A DNA stretch of 64,000 nt from a candidate division WOR-3 bacterium (GCA_037481815.1 JBBFKX010000001.1:64001-128000); one strand, 5' to 3'. Shown: positions 1 to 11,673, counted from the first letter of the stretch. Notes: generated from the sequence alone by a model not told the origin. Program-made: numbers and translations.

Positions 1-143
1 TCCTTGTTTATAATATCGATCGCTTCCTGCCCGTTGTGTGCTTTGATGATATCGAAACCGTTTTGTTTCAAAGTGAATGCCATTATATCGACGAGAAATA
101 GATCATCATCAACTATCAACAGGGTTTTCTTTCTTTCTTCCAT
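1..143 (-). CDS. Response regulator receiver-domain protein (runs off window start)
   Basis: Hand translation from ATG at 143: MEERKKTLLIVDDDLFLVDIMAFTLKQNGFDIIKAHNGQEAIDIINK; IVDDD acidic pocket and A-x-NG-x-EA receiver pattern; GGGAG RBS upstream; not in ORF track. Confidence 0.85.
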   Translation of the reverse strand, partial: MEERKKTLLIVDDDLFLVDIMAFTLKQNGFDIIKAHNGQEAIDIINK

Positions 144-282
144 TTAAACTCCCACTTTTTACATTATTATAAATTCAGTTTCCCTTTTGTCAACAAGTTA
201 ATTATAAATTTATTGATAAAAAAAATCAATAGGTAATTTTATCTCTTTACAACACAGAAAAAAATGATAATATATAAAACCT

Positions 283-2073
283 ATGAAAATAATCAGGAAT
301 TTTTCGATCATAGCACATATAGATCATGGGAAAAGCACCCTCTCCGATAGGTTTTTGGAGTTATCTGAAAATTTTGATATGAGAGAGTTTCGAGAACAGG
401 CACTTGATTCGATGAGTGTTGAAAGGGAGCATGGAATAACCGTTAAAGCCCATCATGTCAGGATAAACTTTAAATGGAAGGGGAATGATATTCAGTTCAA
501 TCTGATAGATACACCCGGCCATGTTGATTTTTCCTATGAGGTTTCGAGATCTCTTGCTGCATGTGAGGGTGCTGTTTTACTCGTTGATGCAACACAGGGG
601 GTTGAAGCACAATCGATAAGCCATCTTCATGAGGCACTTGCAAACAATTTACCGATAATTCCGGTTTTGAACAAAATAGATCTACCCGCTGCTGATATTG
701 AACTTTCAGGTAAAGAGATAATGGAACTTTTAGGGTGTGAAGAAAATGATATCATTCTAATTTCAGCGAAAGATGGAACCGGTGTTGATCAGTTGATAGA
801 TGCGATAATCGAAAAATTTCCACCTCCCAAAATAGATCTTGAAAGTCCTTTGAAGGCACTGATTTTTGATTCAACTTACGACAATTACAGGGGAGCGATT
901 CCCTATGTCAGGATATTTGATGGTGAGGTAAAAAAGGGAGATATGATAACATTCATTTCAACAAAGAGTATTTATGAGGTTGGAGAGGTTGGAGTTTTTT
1001 TACCAAAGATGAAGCCAGTTGAGAAACTCGTTTCAGGTGATGTTGGCTATATCATTTGTAATATAAAAAATATCGATGAGATTCATATAGGAGATACGAT
1101 TACTTTAAAAGGAGTGGATGTTCAGCCACTAAAAGGTTATAGGGAAGTTAAGCCGATGGTCTTTTCCGGCTTCTATCCTTCAAACGGTGAGGACTATGAA
1201 AAGTTGAAAGATGCTTTAAAAAAGTTAAAGTTGAACGATGCGGCGTTCACTTTTATACAGGAAAACTCCGAAGCGTTGGGATTTGGCTTCAGATGCGGTT
1301 TTCTTGGAATGTTGCACATGAAGATAGTCCAGGAACGTCTTGAGAGTGAGTTTGGACTCGATATAATTGCGACGATTCCCAATGTTGTTTACAAACTGAT
1401 AGATGTGAAAGGTGAAGAAAAGTTAATAGACAATCCAGCAAAAATGCCTGATATTACAAGAAACGAAAAAATTCTTGAACCATTCCTCGTTGTTGATATT
1501 TTTACACCACCTGACTATATTGGACCGATAATGCAACTCGTTATGGAAAGAAGGGGAGTTCAGAAGAGTATGGAGTATATAACAGATAAAAGAGTTCTTT
1601 TGAAATATGAGATGCCGATGGCTGAGGTGATTTTTGACTTTTTTGATAAGTTAAAAACGATAACAAGAGGTTATGGTTCAATGGATTACCAGTTTCTTGA
1701 TTACAGAGAATCTGATCTTGTGCGACTTGATATACTCATAAATGGAGATAAAGTAGATGCTCTATCAAGTATAGTTCCAAGAGAAAAAGCATATAATGTT
1801 GGAAACAGGTTGACACATAAACTCAAAGAGGTTATTCATAGACAGCAGTTTGAAGTTGCGATTCAGGCCGCTATCGGAAGTAAAGTTATCGCAAAATCAA
1901 TTGTAAAAGCGGTAAGAAAAGATGTTCTCGCAAAATGTTATGGTGGAGATATCACAAGAAAAAGAAAACTTCTTGAAAAACAGAAAGAGGGAAAAAAGAG
2001 AATGAAGATGCTTGGTAAAGTCGAGATACCACAGGAAGCTTTCCTTGCCGCATTAAAGATAGATGAAGAGTAA
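283..2073 (+). CDS. lepA: Translation elongation factor 4 (LepA)
   Basis: IRNFSIIAHIDHGKSTL, DTPGHVDF, NKID, C-terminal KCYGGDITRKRKLLEKQKEGKKRMK. Confidence 0.99.
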   Translation: MKIIRNFSIIAHIDHGKSTLSDRFLELSENFDMREFREQALDSMSVEREHGITVKAHHVRINFKWKGNDIQFNLIDTPGHVDFSYEVSRSLAACEGAVLLVDATQGVEAQSISHLHEALANNLPIIPVLNKIDLPAADIELSGKEIMELLGCEENDIILISAKDGTGVDQLIDAIIEKFPPPKIDLESPLKALIFDSTYDNYRGAIPYVRIFDGEVKKGDMITFISTKSIYEVGEVGVFLPKMKPVEKLVSGDVGYIICNIKNIDEIHIGDTITLKGVDVQPLKGYREVKPMVFSGFYPSNGEDYEKLKDALKKLKLNDAAFTFIQENSEALGFGFRCGFLGMLHMKIVQERLESEFGLDIIATIPNVVYKLIDVKGEEKLIDNPAKMPDITRNEKILEPFLVVDIFTPPDYIGPIMQLVMERRGVQKSMEYITDKRVLLKYEMPMAEVIFDFFDKLKTITRGYGSMDYQFLDYRESDLVRLDILINGDKVDALSSIVPREKAYNVGNRLTHKLKEVIHRQQFEVAIQAAIGSKVIAKSIVKAVRKDVLAKCYGGDITRKRKLLEKQKEGKKRMKMLGKVEIPQEAFLAALKIDEE

Positions 2074-2506
2074 AGATATTCTTTTTTCGATTCTCATCTC
2101 TATTTTTTTAATTTTTTTTATTAAAATCTTTTTGCTTTCACCTGTTATCATAAAAGGAAATTCGATGTCTTCGACCTTTAATGATGGAGACATCTCATTC
2201 TTTATTCCAGCAAAAACATATTCGATTTTTAAGAACATATTTAACTCAAAGGACTATACTTTTTTAAAAGATAAAAATGTTATCGTCGAACATGGGAATA
2301 AAAAGATCATAAAAAGGTGTGTTGGTGTTCCATTTGATACTCTGATATTTTTTGATGATTACGGAAAAGAAAAAAAAGTTATAGTCCCCCAGGACTCATT
2401 CTTTGTTATCGGTGATAATTTTAGAGATTCTTATGATTCAAGAAATTTTGGTTTTGTTGGTTTAAACGAGATAAAGGGAATTATAGTTTTTGAAAAAAAA
2501 TTATGA
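2063..2506 (+). CDS. lepB: Signal peptidase I
   Basis: N-terminal TM; GNSM (catalytic Ser), IKR (Lys), GDN..DS.DSR.FG; follows lepA. Confidence 0.9.
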   Translation: MKSKDILFSILISIFLIFFIKIFLLSPVIIKGNSMSSTFNDGDISFFIPAKTYSIFKNIFNSKDYTFLKDKNVIVEHGNKKIIKRCVGVPFDTLIFFDDYGKEKKVIVPQDSFFVIGDNFRDSYDSRNFGFVGLNEIKGIIVFEKKL

Positions 2507-3039
2507 AACTGATTTTAAATTGCGAAAATGTTGATCTCAAAAGAAGAATAGAGCAGTTTAGAAAACATAAAAGGAGTGGAGAAATCTCGCTTGAAGATGA
2601 TAAAAATTCGTTTATAATTTTTGATTCAGGAAACATAGTTGATATCTCATTTAAAGGAAAAAAAGATTTAGATTTCTGTTTGAACTCATTCTATAAACTC
2701 AAAAAAGGGAATGTTGTTTTTATTATAGAAGATGAAAAAAAACAGGATCTTATTTTTTCGTTAAAGAAACTTGAAGGACTTCAGGATTACATTATAATCG
2801 AAAAAGATGACAAAATCACAACTTCTTTTGATGACAAAAAAGTAAAAATTTTTTCAAATTACATAAATCAGATCAAAAAATCAAACATACTCAAAACCGA
2901 TTTTGTTTTTTTTCATTTCAAAAAGGTAACGGTCGTATTGATTTTTAAAGGTGAAAAAACTTTGATGCTTATTTTTAAAAGCACAGTTTACAACAAGATG
3001 TTTTTAAACAGAATAAAAAAGATTTTATTCGATGAATAA
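2503..3039 (+). CDS. Hypothetical protein (weak PATAN/DUF4388-like N-terminus)
   Basis: Overlaps both neighbours in an operon; KRSGEISL...IIFDSGNIVD loosely resembles DUF4388. Confidence 0.6.
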   Translation: MKLILNCENVDLKRRIEQFRKHKRSGEISLEDDKNSFIIFDSGNIVDISFKGKKDLDFCLNSFYKLKKGNVVFIIEDEKKQDLIFSLKKLEGLQDYIIIEKDDKITTSFDDKKVKIFSNYINQIKKSNILKTDFVFFHFKKVTVVLIFKGEKTLMLIFKSTVYNKMFLNRIKKILFDE

Positions 3040-4090
3040 AGGTATATACATACACATCCCATTCTGTGAGAGTAAATGTTTTTACTGCAATTTCGTTTCA
3101 GGTCAATATGATGAGGATCTGATAAGAAAATATTTTAAAAGTTTAACTTTTGAAATAGTTGATAGAAAAAAATTTTTTGATATGCTTGACACTATATATT
3201 TTGGTGGGGGGACACCTTCATCGGTTGATGTCGAACACATAAAAAAGATTTTTGATGTTTTAAAAGATAACTATGACTTTCAAAATTTAAAAGAGATCAC
3301 AATCGAAATGAATCCTGAATCAACAACAGAAGAGAAGATTCAATTTTATAAAGAACTTGGATTCAACAGGTTCTCTCTTGGTATTCAGTCGTTCGACGAT
3401 AAAGTTTTAAAACTACTTGGGCGATTGGCAGGTGTTGAAAAAATATTTAAAGTTCTTTCGTTGTTCAACGAAAATGATAATCTGTCTGTTGATTTTATCT
3501 ATGGAATAAAAGGTCATAAATTAGACATTTCACCAATAAAAAATTTCCCGGTTAAACATATCTCAGCATACATACTAACTCTTGAAAAGGGCTCAAAACT
3601 TTTTGGTTCTGAACTCGAAAACGATGATATTGAAGAAGAATATTATTTTTTATTGAACCAATTAAAAAATTTTGGTTTTAAAAGGTATGAGGTTTCAAAT
3701 TTTTCAAAAGAAGGGTTCAGATCTTTGCACAATCTTTCCTATTGGGATCTTTCATCAGTTTATATAGGATATGGAGTTTCAGCAGCATCGTACAACGGAG
3801 TTGAAAGAATAAAAAATTCTGACGATATAAAAATTTACATCAAAGATTATAAAAACGATATTCAAAAAGAGATAATAGATGAGAATAAAAGAAATGTTGA
3901 ATACCTGATGCTTGGGCTCAGAAAAAGTGATGGACTCGATTATGATGAAAAATTTTTAAATCTTGTGAACAGAAAAGAACTTGATCATTTCTTAAACGAA
4001 GGTTATTTGAAAATTGAAAATAAAAAAATTTCCTGTACTGATAAAGGTTTTCTTATTTTGAATTTAATTCTTGAAAAAATTCTTGTTTAA
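3032..4090 (+). CDS. hemW: Radical SAM heme chaperone, HemW/HemN-like
   Basis: YIHIPFCESKCFYCNF (CxxxCxxC), YFGGGTPS, YEVSNF, HNLSYW. Confidence 0.9.
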   Translation: MNKGIYIHIPFCESKCFYCNFVSGQYDEDLIRKYFKSLTFEIVDRKKFFDMLDTIYFGGGTPSSVDVEHIKKIFDVLKDNYDFQNLKEITIEMNPESTTEEKIQFYKELGFNRFSLGIQSFDDKVLKLLGRLAGVEKIFKVLSLFNENDNLSVDFIYGIKGHKLDISPIKNFPVKHISAYILTLEKGSKLFGSELENDDIEEEYYFLLNQLKNFGFKRYEVSNFSKEGFRSLHNLSYWDLSSVYIGYGVSAASYNGVERIKNSDDIKIYIKDYKNDIQKEIIDENKRNVEYLMLGLRKSDGLDYDEKFLNLVNRKELDHFLNEGYLKIENKKISCTDKGFLILNLILEKILV

Positions 4091-4836
4091 ACTTTTACAA
4101 TCAGGGATCTGATTATTTCAATTATCTCTTTTTCTTTATTTTTGTTATAAAGAAGAGGAATGTTGTTAAAGAAAACTCCAGAGAAATTCATTTTATCAGT
4201 TGAATGAACTTCTTCGATTTCGATCTCCTGAAATTCTTTTTTTACAATCTCTTTTAAATTTTCATATTTAGCGTTTTCGAGTGGACATAGAGGATTGTAT
4301 ATGATCAGAAGTTGATTCGTTTTTGTCTGTATTCTATTCCTTTCATCTGAAACAATTCTAAAACTTACCTCTTTATCAAACGATTTGTATAATATCTTTA
4401 CAAGGTCATCATCTGAAGGTGCTTCAACGAATCCATTGTTTATAAAGAAATTTTTACTCATCCATTCATTTTCACCGATCGAGTGTGTGAAAATTATTTT
4501 TTTACCGCTTTCTTTGATCTCTTTTTCAATATGTTTTAGTATCATCGATCCAAGCATCTGGTTTCTGTAATCGTTTAAAATGTAAATACAGTTTAAGAAA
4601 ACTCCATCTTTACTTTCAATAAAAGATAATGGCTGTTTTGTATCGAAAAGAATAACATGTCCTGCGGGAGTACCGTCAAGAGTGATCCCGTAAGCATATA
4701 TTTTATAATCAAGATTTTTCAAAAGGAAATCAACACTCTTCTGGTGATGGGAAGAACCCCACAGGTTTATCTCTTTTGTGCATGAGTATGCAAGTCCGAG
4801 ATTTTCTTTACTTAATCTTGTAATCTTTACTTCCAT
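4087..4836 (-). CDS. GNAT family N-acetyltransferase (YoaP-like)
   Basis: LNCIYI...YRNQMLGS acetyl-CoA-binding motif, FFINNGF, C-terminal PLCP. Confidence 0.75.
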   Translation of the reverse strand: MEVKITRLSKENLGLAYSCTKEINLWGSSHHQKSVDFLLKNLDYKIYAYGITLDGTPAGHVILFDTKQPLSFIESKDGVFLNCIYILNDYRNQMLGSMILKHIEKEIKESGKKIIFTHSIGENEWMSKNFFINNGFVEAPSDDDLVKILYKSFDKEVSFRIVSDERNRIQTKTNQLLIIYNPLCPLENAKYENLKEIVKKEFQEIEIEEVHSTDKMNFSGVFFNNIPLLYNKNKEKEIIEIIRSLIVKV

Positions 4837-4872
4837 AAGAATAATTTAACTTTTTATTTTCAATTGTCAATA

Positions 4873-5673
4873 TTATAAATACTGTAAAAGTTCTTCTCCC
4901 AGAACACCTGCAAAAAGTTCAATGTAAGGTTTAACTGGACTTGAACTTATTTTTGGGAAGAGAATCTCCTCGATCTGGAAGAATCCAACAGATTCTCTCA
5001 TAAGAACAGTTATCTTTATTGGTTTTGTTATACCTTTTTCTATATTGACTTTCTGTATCGCTGAAGCGGAATATTTGTGTATATCTCCAACTCGCGGTTT
5101 CCTCTGGATCATAGATGTTATTCTTGCTCTTCCTTTTTCCATATCACATCCATCACCGATCAAGACAAGTCCCGCTTCAAGTGAATTGATACTTTTCGTT
5201 GCCATATGTCCGATTATACCTTCAACAACCATTGATCTTAAAATTATCTGTTTTTCAAACTCGTTTGTGTATACCTTTTCGAGTATTCTTTCGATAATTT
5301 TTATTCCAAAAAGTGAAGAAAAGATCTCATGGTTTTCTCTTGTGACACTCATTCCAATATCATGTAAAAGGGATGCTATTATTACTGCAACTTTGCTATC
5401 CTCAACGGTTCCGACACCTTCGTTTTCAAGATTGAATTTTACACCTGCTTGATGTAAAAGTTCAAACATGATAAGTGAGTTAAGGCATGCTCTTTTCATA
5501 TGTACGGGCCCATGATCGTTGAATCCCAGCCTTTTTATAGATACATTGTTTGAATAGTTCATCAAAAACTCGACCTCTTTATCTTGAAAAATCATCCTTG
5601 CGGTTTCGAGAGATTTTCCATCAAGTTTTGAAAGTATCGTCTTTTCAAGTTCGATCTCTTTTTTTGATTTCAT
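4873..5673 (-). CDS. HD-domain phosphohydrolase
   Basis: NDHGPVH, LLHDIG, RENHE, GH, GDGCD metal-ligand pattern. Confidence 0.9.
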   Translation of the reverse strand: MKSKKEIELEKTILSKLDGKSLETARMIFQDKEVEFLMNYSNNVSIKRLGFNDHGPVHMKRACLNSLIMFELLHQAGVKFNLENEGVGTVEDSKVAVIIASLLHDIGMSVTRENHEIFSSLFGIKIIERILEKVYTNEFEKQIILRSMVVEGIIGHMATKSINSLEAGLVLIGDGCDMEKGRARITSMIQRKPRVGDIHKYSASAIQKVNIEKGITKPIKITVLMRESVGFFQIEEILFPKISSSPVKPYIELFAGVLGEELLQYL

Positions 5674-5681
5674 CTTTCACC

Positions 5682-6326
5682 TCATTGTAAATTTTTTATG
5701 TAAAAAAATATTGAAAAGAAATGTGTTATAGACCCAGCCAGCACAAAAAGGTGCCATACGATATGGAAGAAAAATAATCTGTCAAGAATGTAAAATATCG
5801 TTCCAAGTGTATATGATATTCCGCCTATTACAAGGAAAACGAAAGATATTTTTGGAATCGATATATACACCTGTTTTATCGCAAATATTATTATCCATCC
5901 CATCAGGATGTATATTATCGTTGATAGTATGTCCGTCTTGTTTATAAAAAAAGTTTTAAAAAGTATACCAAGAAGTGCGAGCCCCCAGATGATTCCAAAT
6001 ATCGTCCAACCAAGAGGACCTCTTAAAGGTAAAAGTGCAAAGGGAGTGTATGTGCCTGCTATCAGTATATAGATTGATGTATGATCAAAAAATTTAAAAA
6101 CCCTTTTGACCTTTCCTTCAGGAAAGGAATGGTATAAAGTTGAACTGATATATAAAAGTATTAAAGATGCACCATAGATTGAAGATGAAACTATAGCATA
6201 AACATTTTTTACTTTAACTGAAAAGACAACACAGAGCACAAGCCCGACAACACTCAGAAGAAAGCCAGCACCATGTGTTGTTGAGTTAAAAATCTCTTCG
6301 ATCAAACTCATTTTTCTTTTTTTCAT
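5682..6326 (-). CDS. Hemolysin III (PAQR/TrhA-like) family membrane protein
   Basis: EEIFNSTTHG, STLYH, DHTSIYILIAGTYTP, HIVWHLFVLAGSITHF. Confidence 0.92.
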   Translation of the reverse strand: MKKRKMSLIEEIFNSTTHGAGFLLSVVGLVLCVVFSVKVKNVYAIVSSSIYGASLILLYISSTLYHSFPEGKVKRVFKFFDHTSIYILIAGTYTPFALLPLRGPLGWTIFGIIWGLALLGILFKTFFINKTDILSTIIYILMGWIIIFAIKQVYISIPKISFVFLVIGGISYTLGTIFYILDRLFFFHIVWHLFVLAGSITHFFSIFFYIKNLQ

Positions 6327-7686
6327 CTTTCAACATCCCGTATATATGTAATGTTGATGCGACCAAAAGCCCTGCAAACATCGGTTCAATAAGGTAAAGG
6401 GCAGAGTTTTGATCTATTCTTTTTCTTATGAAAATCCAGAGTAATGGAACTACAAATCCCAGAATTATTTCTATAAAAGTTAAATTTTTGTTTATCTTTA
6501 TTTTTTTATAATAAGCACCAAGTAAAGGCAGTATAAGCCCGGGTATACATATTGAGCCGATAAGATACCAGAGGTTGACGACTGAAGGAACAAGGAAAGC
6601 AAGTAAAAAACCAAATAGAGAGGATAAAATTATTCCAACAACAGTCATCTTCTTTTCATCAGCATTATCTTTTATTTTTTTTACTATATCGATTGAGAAG
6701 GTTGTTCCGCTTATCACAAAGAGTGAGTTGAGTGTCGAGATCACTGTTGCAAAAATTGCTGCGTAAAAAAGTCCTTTGAATCCAGAAGGCATTATTCGAT
6801 CAGCGAGAAAAAAATATGACCACTGAGGGTAATCAAGTGATGGGAACAATATTTTCGAATAGAGCGCGGTTGTTGTTGTTAAAAAATCAAAAATCATCCA
6901 GAAGATTATCGATAGTAAAATCCCGTTCCTTGCAACATTGCCATCTTTTGCACTATAACATCTCTGATGGAATCCTGGATCGACGAAAGTCCAGGATGCG
7001 ATAAAAAACCAGACAATAACATAAAACGGAGAGAGCCCACCAGTTAAGGAAAGATGTTCTTTGGGAAGGTTTTCTTTTAAAATATTAAAGTCCCCAATGT
7101 TTTTGTAAGAGAATAAGAAAAGAAAAATAAACCCAAGAAACATAACGAAAAATTGAAAGAGATCCGTTTTTACATCTGTGACAAAACCACCTTTGAGTAT
7201 GAACGGAAGGATGATCAAAAGTGATATCAGCATCGAAACAAACAGGTTTAAAGAAAAGATTTTTGAAAAGATTATTCCTATCATCAAAATGTAAGGTGCT
7301 GGTGAAGAGAGAATCAAAACGATTATCGCTGACAGAATTGAAATCTTTTTGTCATACTCTTGTTCGATCTTTTGAGGGATCGTGAGAAGTGATGTCTCTC
7401 TTATCCTTTTAGCGAAAAGTATAGCGAAAAGAAATCCAAAAAAATAGTAAGGGACTCCCTGTGTCACCCAGTTGACGATACCATAATTATAGGTGAACTC
7501 TCCTACACCGAGTATTCCACCATACCATGTTGATACATTTGTTGCTATGAAAAGGAATAGTCCGGTTTTCCTGCTGTTGATCAAAAAAGAATCTTTCCCT
7601 TTCACATTTTTTGATGCAAAATAGGAAATCATTAACAGAAAAAAGAAAAATAAAAAAATCACAAAAATATCTAAACTCTGGATCAT
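6286..7686 (-). CDS. Sodium:solute symporter family transporter
   Basis: About 13 TMs; STWYGG, GG...DVKTD.FQ, DPGFHQRCYSAK, ATVISTLNS. Confidence 0.9.
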   Translation of the reverse strand: MIQSLDIFVIFLFFFFLLMISYFASKNVKGKDSFLINSRKTGLFLFIATNVSTWYGGILGVGEFTYNYGIVNWVTQGVPYYFFGFLFAILFAKRIRETSLLTIPQKIEQEYDKKISILSAIIVLILSSPAPYILMIGIIFSKIFSLNLFVSMLISLLIILPFILKGGFVTDVKTDLFQFFVMFLGFIFLFLFSYKNIGDFNILKENLPKEHLSLTGGLSPFYVIVWFFIASWTFVDPGFHQRCYSAKDGNVARNGILLSIIFWMIFDFLTTTTALYSKILFPSLDYPQWSYFFLADRIMPSGFKGLFYAAIFATVISTLNSLFVISGTTFSIDIVKKIKDNADEKKMTVVGIILSSLFGFLLAFLVPSVVNLWYLIGSICIPGLILPLLGAYYKKIKINKNLTFIEIILGFVVPLLWIFIRKRIDQNSALYLIEPMFAGLLVASTLHIYGMLKDEKKKNEFDRRDF

Positions 7687-7790
7687 AATTTTAAATTATA
7701 GTAATTTAGAAGGATTATTCAAGGGAAGAAAAATTTTTTGTTAAACTCACAACAAATTTTAATTTTTCATAAGAACAATACATACAACTA

Positions 7791-7818
7791 TTGACTTTTT
7801 AAAAAGGTCATTTAAAAT
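7791..7818 (+). promoter_or_regulatory. Sigma70-type promoter of the secreted-protein gene
   Basis: TTGACT-16bp-TAAAAT, followed by AGGAGGT RBS at 7831 and ATG at 7841. Confidence 0.6.
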
Positions 7819-7840
7819 TTAAATCATAAAAGGAGGTATT

Positions 7841-10800
7841 ATGAAGAGTATTTCAAAAATTCTAACTATCGCCCCCCCCGATACTTACAGATAGTTTTTG
7901 TTTTCATTTTAGGTTTTGCATTAATTTTTTGTTTTGGAGATAACTTGAGTATTGAAGACATCAATTGTTGGGATTATAGTGATTTAAGTTTTGAATTAAA
8001 TTTAGATAATATTCAACAAGATGGTAATGATTATGGAGAAATTTCATGGAGTTTTTGCTATGGAATTGAAAAATCAATCTATAAATTAAAACATAAATAT
8101 GATTTTGAAATCGCTAATTCTATAGCGAATAATATAAATTTAATCTTATCTTTAAGGGATGATCGAAGAGGAGTCCATAGTTATATAGATAGCAGTGGAA
8201 CAGAAAGAACATTAAAAACATGGAGAGGGTTAAAATATTCATTGATTGAAAGAAATGATTCATTGTTTACCTATAATATCCATATATGTGGTTATGACTC
8301 TTCCTTGGATCGTTTTATTTATTATGGACCTTCTCATGGAATTCCTGCAAAATATTTTGCTTACCCAGATCTGGTTTTAACAGGAAGAATTTTACAAACA
8401 ATTTTAAGATTTGTAATTGCAATGGACACTATTGGCAAATGGGATGAAATTGGAGGTTGGTCTTACAGGTCAAAATTGATATATGATTGTAAAGAGAGTT
8501 ATAATGAATATATTCAATGGTTTCAGGATACAACAATAAATAACGATTCATATTGTGGGGCGTGGAAACACATATTTGATGTAATTGATATTAACTTTAT
8601 AAATGATGAAGTTAAAATTGACACTTTTTACCCACAATATCCTTTTAGAGCAAAGATGAGGCACCCTTTTAATAAAAATTCAACTATGGCAGATGCGGGA
8701 CTATTTCTTTATGAGCTCACAAAAGAAAATATATATTTAGAACAGACGAAAAAATTTGCTCATTATTTCAGAAATAACATTGATGACTCTACTTTTGTTT
8801 TTGGAAATGGCACTGATTCCACCTTTCTCTGGGCATATTCTGTCAATTATGTTAAAGGAAAAGCGGATGATATCTCTCATGGTGGACTTTCATTTATTTT
8901 TATGAACGATTATCACAAAAAATTCCCTGATGATGTTTTTGGAAAAGATGATATGATTAAAATGTTCAATACAATAAAATATTTAATGGTTATTCCTGGT
9001 TCAGAAACTACAGGAAATTATAGTTATTATCCATATCTTGACGGTTCTTATCATGATAGTTTAAAATATTTTCCTTTTTCCTCAGATCTTAAATATCAAA
9101 TGTTTAAATTTTATGGGTTGACTGAATATAAACCCCAAACATTTGAGTTTATTACAGGTATTATTGATAGTTTCAATCCTGAAGACGGTTATTTTCAATA
9201 TTATAAGAGATTTTATACTCCTTTTTCTGTAAAAATAGGAATTTTACCGGTGTCTGTTTTGCCTGTAGATAGTCAACAAATTGAAACTTTTGTAAATGGT
9301 GACAGGGTGTATGTTGAACTTAATTCGTTGTATAATTATACAGGATATAGAGATACCATTGTTATTGAATTATATGATCCAGATAAAAATGCTGAATATC
9401 ATCTAAAGGATACTCTTTACAATGTTTTGAAAGGAATAACATATAAAATTCCCTTTGGTAATTTAGTATTTGATGGAGAAACACTTAAAACAGACACTTT
9501 AGTTGTAAAGGCTTATGCATTAAGAGGTGGAGCGTTAAAATGTCCATTTTTTTCAGATACTTTACCTCTGGTAGCAAGAGATACAGTATATTTGTTTTCT
9601 CCAACTGAAATTTCTGTTCTTAAAAATAATACTTTTAATGTTTATGCTTGTTATCGAAACAAGAATATCGATCTTTTTGGAATAGATAGTGTGAAAATAA
9701 CAATCACTTATGATACGGTAAATGATGATGGGTCAATTGAAAAAGCAACACTAATCAAATACACAGATAGCAATGGAAAAGCATACTTCAATTTAAGAAC
9801 AAATACAACCTATCCAGTAATAATAAGAGCAGATAAATTAGGATATTTTACAGCGGTTGATACCTTGAAACCATTTATGTGGTCAACAACAAATGTTGCC
9901 CTGGGCCCTAGCAGTAGCACCCATCTGGTTAAACAAAATGGGTTACTTCATCTGGCTTATTCTGATGGTGATAGTATTGTATATGGTAGGAGCAAGGATT
10001 TTGGAAACAATTGGGAACTTAAAAAAATTGGTAGTGGTAGAGATGTTAGTATAACGACAATTTCAGGTGGAATAGCTGCTGTCTGGAAAGATGGAGAAAC
10101 ATGGCAATATGCATATTCAACATCCCCATGGACAGTTCCTTTAATACCGACTGTTATGGGATATCGAAGCCCTTCAATATTAGCGAATCCTGCTAATTTG
10201 TCACAATTATGGTTTGCAGGTATAACAACGGATCATCTGACAATTGATAATCAATGGACATTGCAATATACTTCATTTATGTATAATAATTTAACAATCC
10301 CTGAATTTATTCAACTGATAGGTGAAGAAGGTGAACTGGATAAAAACAATTATCTTGTGAAACCTTATGATTTTTCGTGTATAGGTGTTACCACAACAAA
10401 TAATAAATTAGGACCTGAAATTGTCTTTCAAGATGCAAATGGAGAGATTATTAGAAAAAAGTTTGATGCTACAAAAAATATTTGGCTTATTTCAGAAAAG
10501 GTTTCAAATTCAACTTTTTATTCCTTTAATCCAGATGTTAACCTGAAATCATTTAATGATACCAACAAAATAATTTGGCAGGAATATAATGATTTACATT
10601 TTAGAAATGAAATATATCTTGATAATTCATTTAAAAAAATTGTTGATAATGTTGTTAATGATATGAAATATCCACGTATTTACAATTCAATTATTACATA
10701 TGTTGGAGATGACAAATTGGTCAGAATAAATACTCAAGAATTTTCAAATGAAGTTGAGAATGTAACTTTAAATAAAGGATTGGATAGTTGTTTCTATCCT

Positions 10801-11673
10801 GTGTTAGTTGATTCTATATCCCTTTCAATAGGACTTAACCCATCAACTGGGCAGGATGTATATATAAAAAATACTAAAATAAGAGCTTTATGGGTCGAAG
10901 GGCATAATAACCACTATAAAATAGAATGTGGTGGAACAAATTTTAGGATTTATACTGATTCGATCTATCCAATACTGGAAAATCCAAGGAGTATTACTTT
11001 AACTGATACATTAACCAGTATTTCTGAAAGTGTACTGAGAAATTTTTTACCTTCGCCACAGAGTAGACAACCTATTGAAAGATTGAGTGCTCAAATAGAA
11101 TGTCTGAATCCTGCGATGGATTATCTACTTGAAATTATTACGACAAATAATAACAAAAATCAACCTTATGCATTAAGTATAGAAGAAGAATTTGTGAAGC
11201 TTATAGAAGGTAAAGAAAACAGAACATTCTTTGTTCTTGATAAATCAGATTATCAGGATGGAGATATAAAATTAAACATCGATAGGATAAGAGGTAATCC
11301 AAATAGAACCATAAATATTCATCTTTACGAATATGATAAAATAATTAAAGATTTCAGTGCTACTAAAAATAGTTATTTGCAATTTGGAAAAATTAATGAA
11401 AGTGTTGGCGAATTTAAATATAAATGGAGAGGAGCAGGATTTTCAGACAAAAAGATAGAATTTAATTTTTTGCTTCCTGAAAGTGGGTTGATTGAGTTAA
11501 AAATTTTTAATATAATGGGTAGAGAGATTTACTCAAAAAAAATGAATGGTCAGAAAGGAGAAAATATCATAAGAGTTGATGGAAAAACAACTGGTTTGTC
11601 AAGCGGGATTTATTTTTATATATTTGAAAGCAAATATGGAAAAGAGAGGGGTAAGATTGGTTTTATTAAATAG
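7841..11673 (+). CDS. Large secreted protein with T9SS-like C-terminal domain; signal peptide currently out of frame at a C8 tract (main ORF 7945-11673)
   Basis: RBS+ATG at 7841 gives a 17-aa peptide ending at TAG 7892-7894; one extra C fuses a hydrophobic signal peptide to the 1242-aa ORF; Asp-box GRSKDFGNNW; tail KIFNIMGRE...LSSGIYF. Confidence 0.8.
7872..7879 (+). repeat. Poly-C homopolymer (C8), candidate phase-variation tract
   Basis: gccccccccg in an AT-rich context, located at the frameshift point. Confidence 0.8.
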
